A stretch of DNA of 63,121 nt, the filler included, from Cercozoa sp. M6MM (lineage: Eukaryota; Protista; Endomyxa: Ascetosporea), in NCBI GenBank assembly GCA_040357565.1. It is 6 parts of 6 records of this genome, joined end to end, with 100 filler letters (N's around TTAATTAATTAA, not from the genome) between each part and the next. Parts side by side here need not be neighbours in the genome. Positions count along the whole stretch, not along the records: positions 60,383 to 61,990 come from JBDODJ010001978.1; positions 62,091 to 63,121 come from JBDODJ010002218.1; 4 more parts are not named here. One strand, 5' to 3'. Below, in pieces: positions 60,383 to 63,121 of the stretch (the first letter of the stretch is position 1; each line of letters starts with the position of its first letter). Below the pieces are notes generated by a model, which saw only the letters and a list, made by a program, of their open reading frames with translations, was not told the origin of the DNA and searched no databases. The position numbers and the translations under genes were made by a program.

Positions 60383-61990
60383 GAGCGGGTCGCACTCTAC
60401 CTCCAGTGCCTGCACCAGCACGCGCAGGCCTGCACACATGTACATACACATACAGACATACAGTTACACATACACATACACACAGGTACATGCACCAACA
60501 GGTAGGTACATGATGACACACCAGGCACAGTGGGCCGCGCTGCCACCACTCGTGTCGCTGCTCGTCTCAGTCTATGCATAGTATATGTAAATATGTAAAC
60601 AGATATATATATATATATATGAACACATATATATATGAACACATATAAATATGTCTACATGTAGATGCAGAGGGAGTACCTGGGCGGAGCAAAGGCGTCC
60701 AGCAGCACGGCACGTAGAGGCGTCAGCAGCGCCTCCAGCAGCGTACCTCTCACACGCGTGCACAGAGCAGTGCCGTGCAGCAGCAGTGTCTGCACGGCGG
60801 CGCTCAGCTTGCCGCCCGAGTCGGCGTCGCTGCTGCTACGGGCCAGCAAATTGACCGCGGTGGCGGCCAGTGTGTGCACTCCGTGTGCGGTGCCACCCTG
60901 CTGCGCCAACAACTTCAGCGACGCACGTCGCATCGCCTGTAGCAGGTACATATACATATATATATATATATATATAAATATGGAGGTGTATATATATATA
61001 TATATATATATAAATGTGGAGGTGATACCACGGCAGCGGCGGGCGTGAGAGTGTGGCGTCCCCGCAGTGCGTCGTTGGCGCGCATGGCCTCGCAGGTGGG
61101 AGCGCACAGCATCAGCAGAGTGCCGAGTGCGGCGCTGCGGGCGCGGTCGAACTGCGCGCCATCGAAGCGCGTGTCGCGGCANNNNNNNNNNGAGCGGGTC
61201 GCACTCTACCTCCAGTGCCTGCACCAGCACGCGCAGGCCTGCACACATGTACATACACATACAGACATACAGTTACACATACACATACACACAGGTACAT
61301 GCACCAACAGGTAGGTACATGATGACACACCAGGCACAGTGGGCCGCGCTGCCACCACTCGTGTCGCTGCTCGTCTCAGTCTATGCATAGTATATGTAAA
61401 TATGTAAACAGATATATATATATATATATGAACACATATATATATGAACACATATAAATATGTCTACATGTAGATGCAGAGGGAGTACCTGGGCGGAGCA
61501 AAGGCGTCCAGCAGCACGGCACGTAGAGGCGTCAGCAGCGCCTCCAGCAGCGTACCTCTCACACGCGTGCACAGAGCAGTGCCGTGCAGCAGCAGTGTCT
61601 GCACGGCGGCGCTCAGCTTGCCGCCCGAGTCGGCGTCGCTGCTGCTACGGGCCAGCAAATTGACCGCGGTGGCGGCCAGTGTGTGCACTCCGTGTGCGGT
61701 GCCACCCTGCTGCGCCAACAACTTCAGCGACGCACGTCGCATCGCCTGTAGCAGGTACATATACATATATATATATATATATATAAATATGGAGGTGTAT
61801 ATATATATATATATATATATAAATGTGGAGGTGATACCACGGCAGCGGCGGGCGTGAGAGTGTGGCGTCCCCGCAGTGCGTCGTTGGCGCGCATGGCCTC
61901 GCAGGTGGGAGCGCACAGCATCAGCAGAGTGCCGAGTGCGGCGCTGCGGGCGCGGTCGAACTGCGCGCCATCGAAGCGCGTGTCGCGGCA
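60383..61990. repeat. Apparently exact 799-bp tandem duplication (60383-61181 and 61192-61990) separated by 10 Ns; probable scaffolding artefact
   Basis: Both copies start GAGCGGGTC and end CGCGGCA, the ORF translations repeat with an 809-bp offset, and the microsatellites look identical. Confidence 0.9.
61192..61990 (-). CDS. Internal exons of an Ala/Leu-rich helical (HEAT/ARM-like) protein; the same exons recur at 60383-61181
   Basis: GC-rich exons between TA/TG-microsatellite introns: AMRRASLKLLAQ...LLEALLTPLRAVLLDAF...GLRVLVQALEVECDPL. Confidence 0.5.
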
Positions 61991-62090
61991 NNNNNNNNNN
62001 NNNNNNNNNNNNNNNNNNNNNNNNNNNNNNNNNNTTAATTAATTAANNNNNNNNNNNNNNNNNNNNNNNNNNNNNNNNNNNNNNNNNNNN
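61991..62090. other. Artificial contig spacer
   Basis: N44-TTAATTAATTAA-N44. Confidence 0.99.
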
Positions 62091-62119
62091 GGGGGGGGGT
62101 AAACACGCTGTTGCTACAG

Positions 62120-63121
62120 TGGGTGCTGTCCAAGTTCGAAGACTTTTCGGACGCGTTTTTTCTCGTGGCGACTGACTACGCTCGCGGCGAGGTATACCCT
62201 CTTTACCCCCTACCCTTACCCCTTTACCCCCCTTTATTCTCCCCTCTTACCCCGCTCTTACCCCTTTCTTTACTCCCTTCTTTACCCCCGAGAAGCAAGT
62301 GCGATGCCGTCCAATCGAAGCCAGGTTGGGTCCGACGTTGTGTGCGCCAGTTCCGAGCGGAAGAGACCGCGAGGACTTTTGCTATTTTGCCATCCGCGTG
62401 GACAACATGGTATAGAAGCTAAGAGGGGTAAGAGGATGGCTGGAGATAAAGGTGAATGAACTTGTAGCGAACAGAACTGGCGGCTCTAAAAATAATGCAC
62501 ACACTGGATACAGTAGGCTTTCCTCTATACACAGATATGTGCATCTATGTAAGATATAATACAATCTAATATCAGATAGTGTATGTTGAATGAGTTTTAA
62601 ATAGCATGCTATGAATAAATATGTCTAAAGGTAGATGTGAGTGTCTATAGTATCATCAATTCTATTCATTATACATATACATACTCGTGTATAAACATAG
62701 ATACATGCATATATCTATATATATATATATTATATATATTGTATATATATATATATATATATATGTCTATATGTCTGTATTGCAGCTGCCGCTGACGCCG
62801 GTGCTGGCGCAGATGGCCACAAAAACTGAGGCCGACCTGCCTGCCGACCCTTTGTCTGCCGAGTATCCATGCTTCCTTCCTATATGTGTGTATATGTATT
62901 ATATTTATATATATATATATATATATATTATATATGCATGTTGACAGTATGGACATGCGGCACTACGAAACGGCGGTGCGAAAGTTCAATCTCAACCAGC
63001 AGCAGGCTGCGTACGTTGTTTACCCCCTCCGTTTACCCCGTGTTTACCTCTCTCGTACCCCTTTCCCCCCCTGTTTACCCCCTACCCCTTTACCCCCTCC
63101 TGAACAGAGTGCTGACACAGG
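62120..63121 (+). CDS. Internal exons, possibly just upstream of an SF1 (Upf1/ZGRF1-like) helicase core
   Basis: WVLSKFEDFSDAFFLV and AVRKFNLNQQQAA|VLTQ, an LNxxQ Q-motif-like segment. The Walker A motif is not inside the window. Confidence 0.4.

Noticed and set aside
60383-61990. 799-bp tandem duplication as a real gene duplication
   Set aside because: The copies appear identical even in unstable microsatellites and are split by a 10-N gap, which is typical of a scaffolding artefact. Read depth would settle it.
1-63121. CRISPR array, tRNA, rRNA, transposase or alternative genetic code
   Set aside because: I saw no repeat-spacer periodicity, cloverleaf or transposase/RT motifs, and conserved genes translate cleanly with the standard code using all three stops.

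Overview
Eukaryotic (protist-type) genomic DNA, not prokaryotic. The window is at least six short contigs joined by artificial N44-TTAATTAATTAA-N44 spacers, so adjacency across spacers means nothing. It is gene-dense, uses the standard code (TAA, TAG and TGA all end conserved genes) and has many short GT-AG introns, often filled with microsatellites or C-rich tracts. Genes reconstructed by manual splicing: a Rac GTPase, a BTB-domain protein with a proline-rich/WASP-like C-terminus, two EF-hand-like proteins, a KIF28/KLP-6-type kinesin-3 with two C-terminal B-boxes, an MKS1-like protein, an RGS protein, Serinc, pirin, CCT4, a RING-H2/polyQ protein, a CsgA-like SDR, an OSR1/SPAK-like STE20 kinase, the VPS35 C-terminus, a DH-repeat/PH protein, a mitochondrial carrier, an ER cyclophilin, BLOC1S1, TVP38/TMEM64, Mpv17, the 3-dehydroquinate synthase N-terminus, SOF1/DCAF13, and several partial or hypothetical genes. 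No rRNA, tRNA, CRISPR array or transposase was found. The best novelty candidate is a putative BTB-fused Arp2/3 nucleation-promoting factor with DPF/NPF motifs that sits head-to-head with Rac. Other leads are a 21-nt intergenic motif seen three times, a helically phased TTCnnGAA array, RFxV motifs in the kinase tail, and very high intron density. All assignments come from motif recognition by eye; no database search was run.
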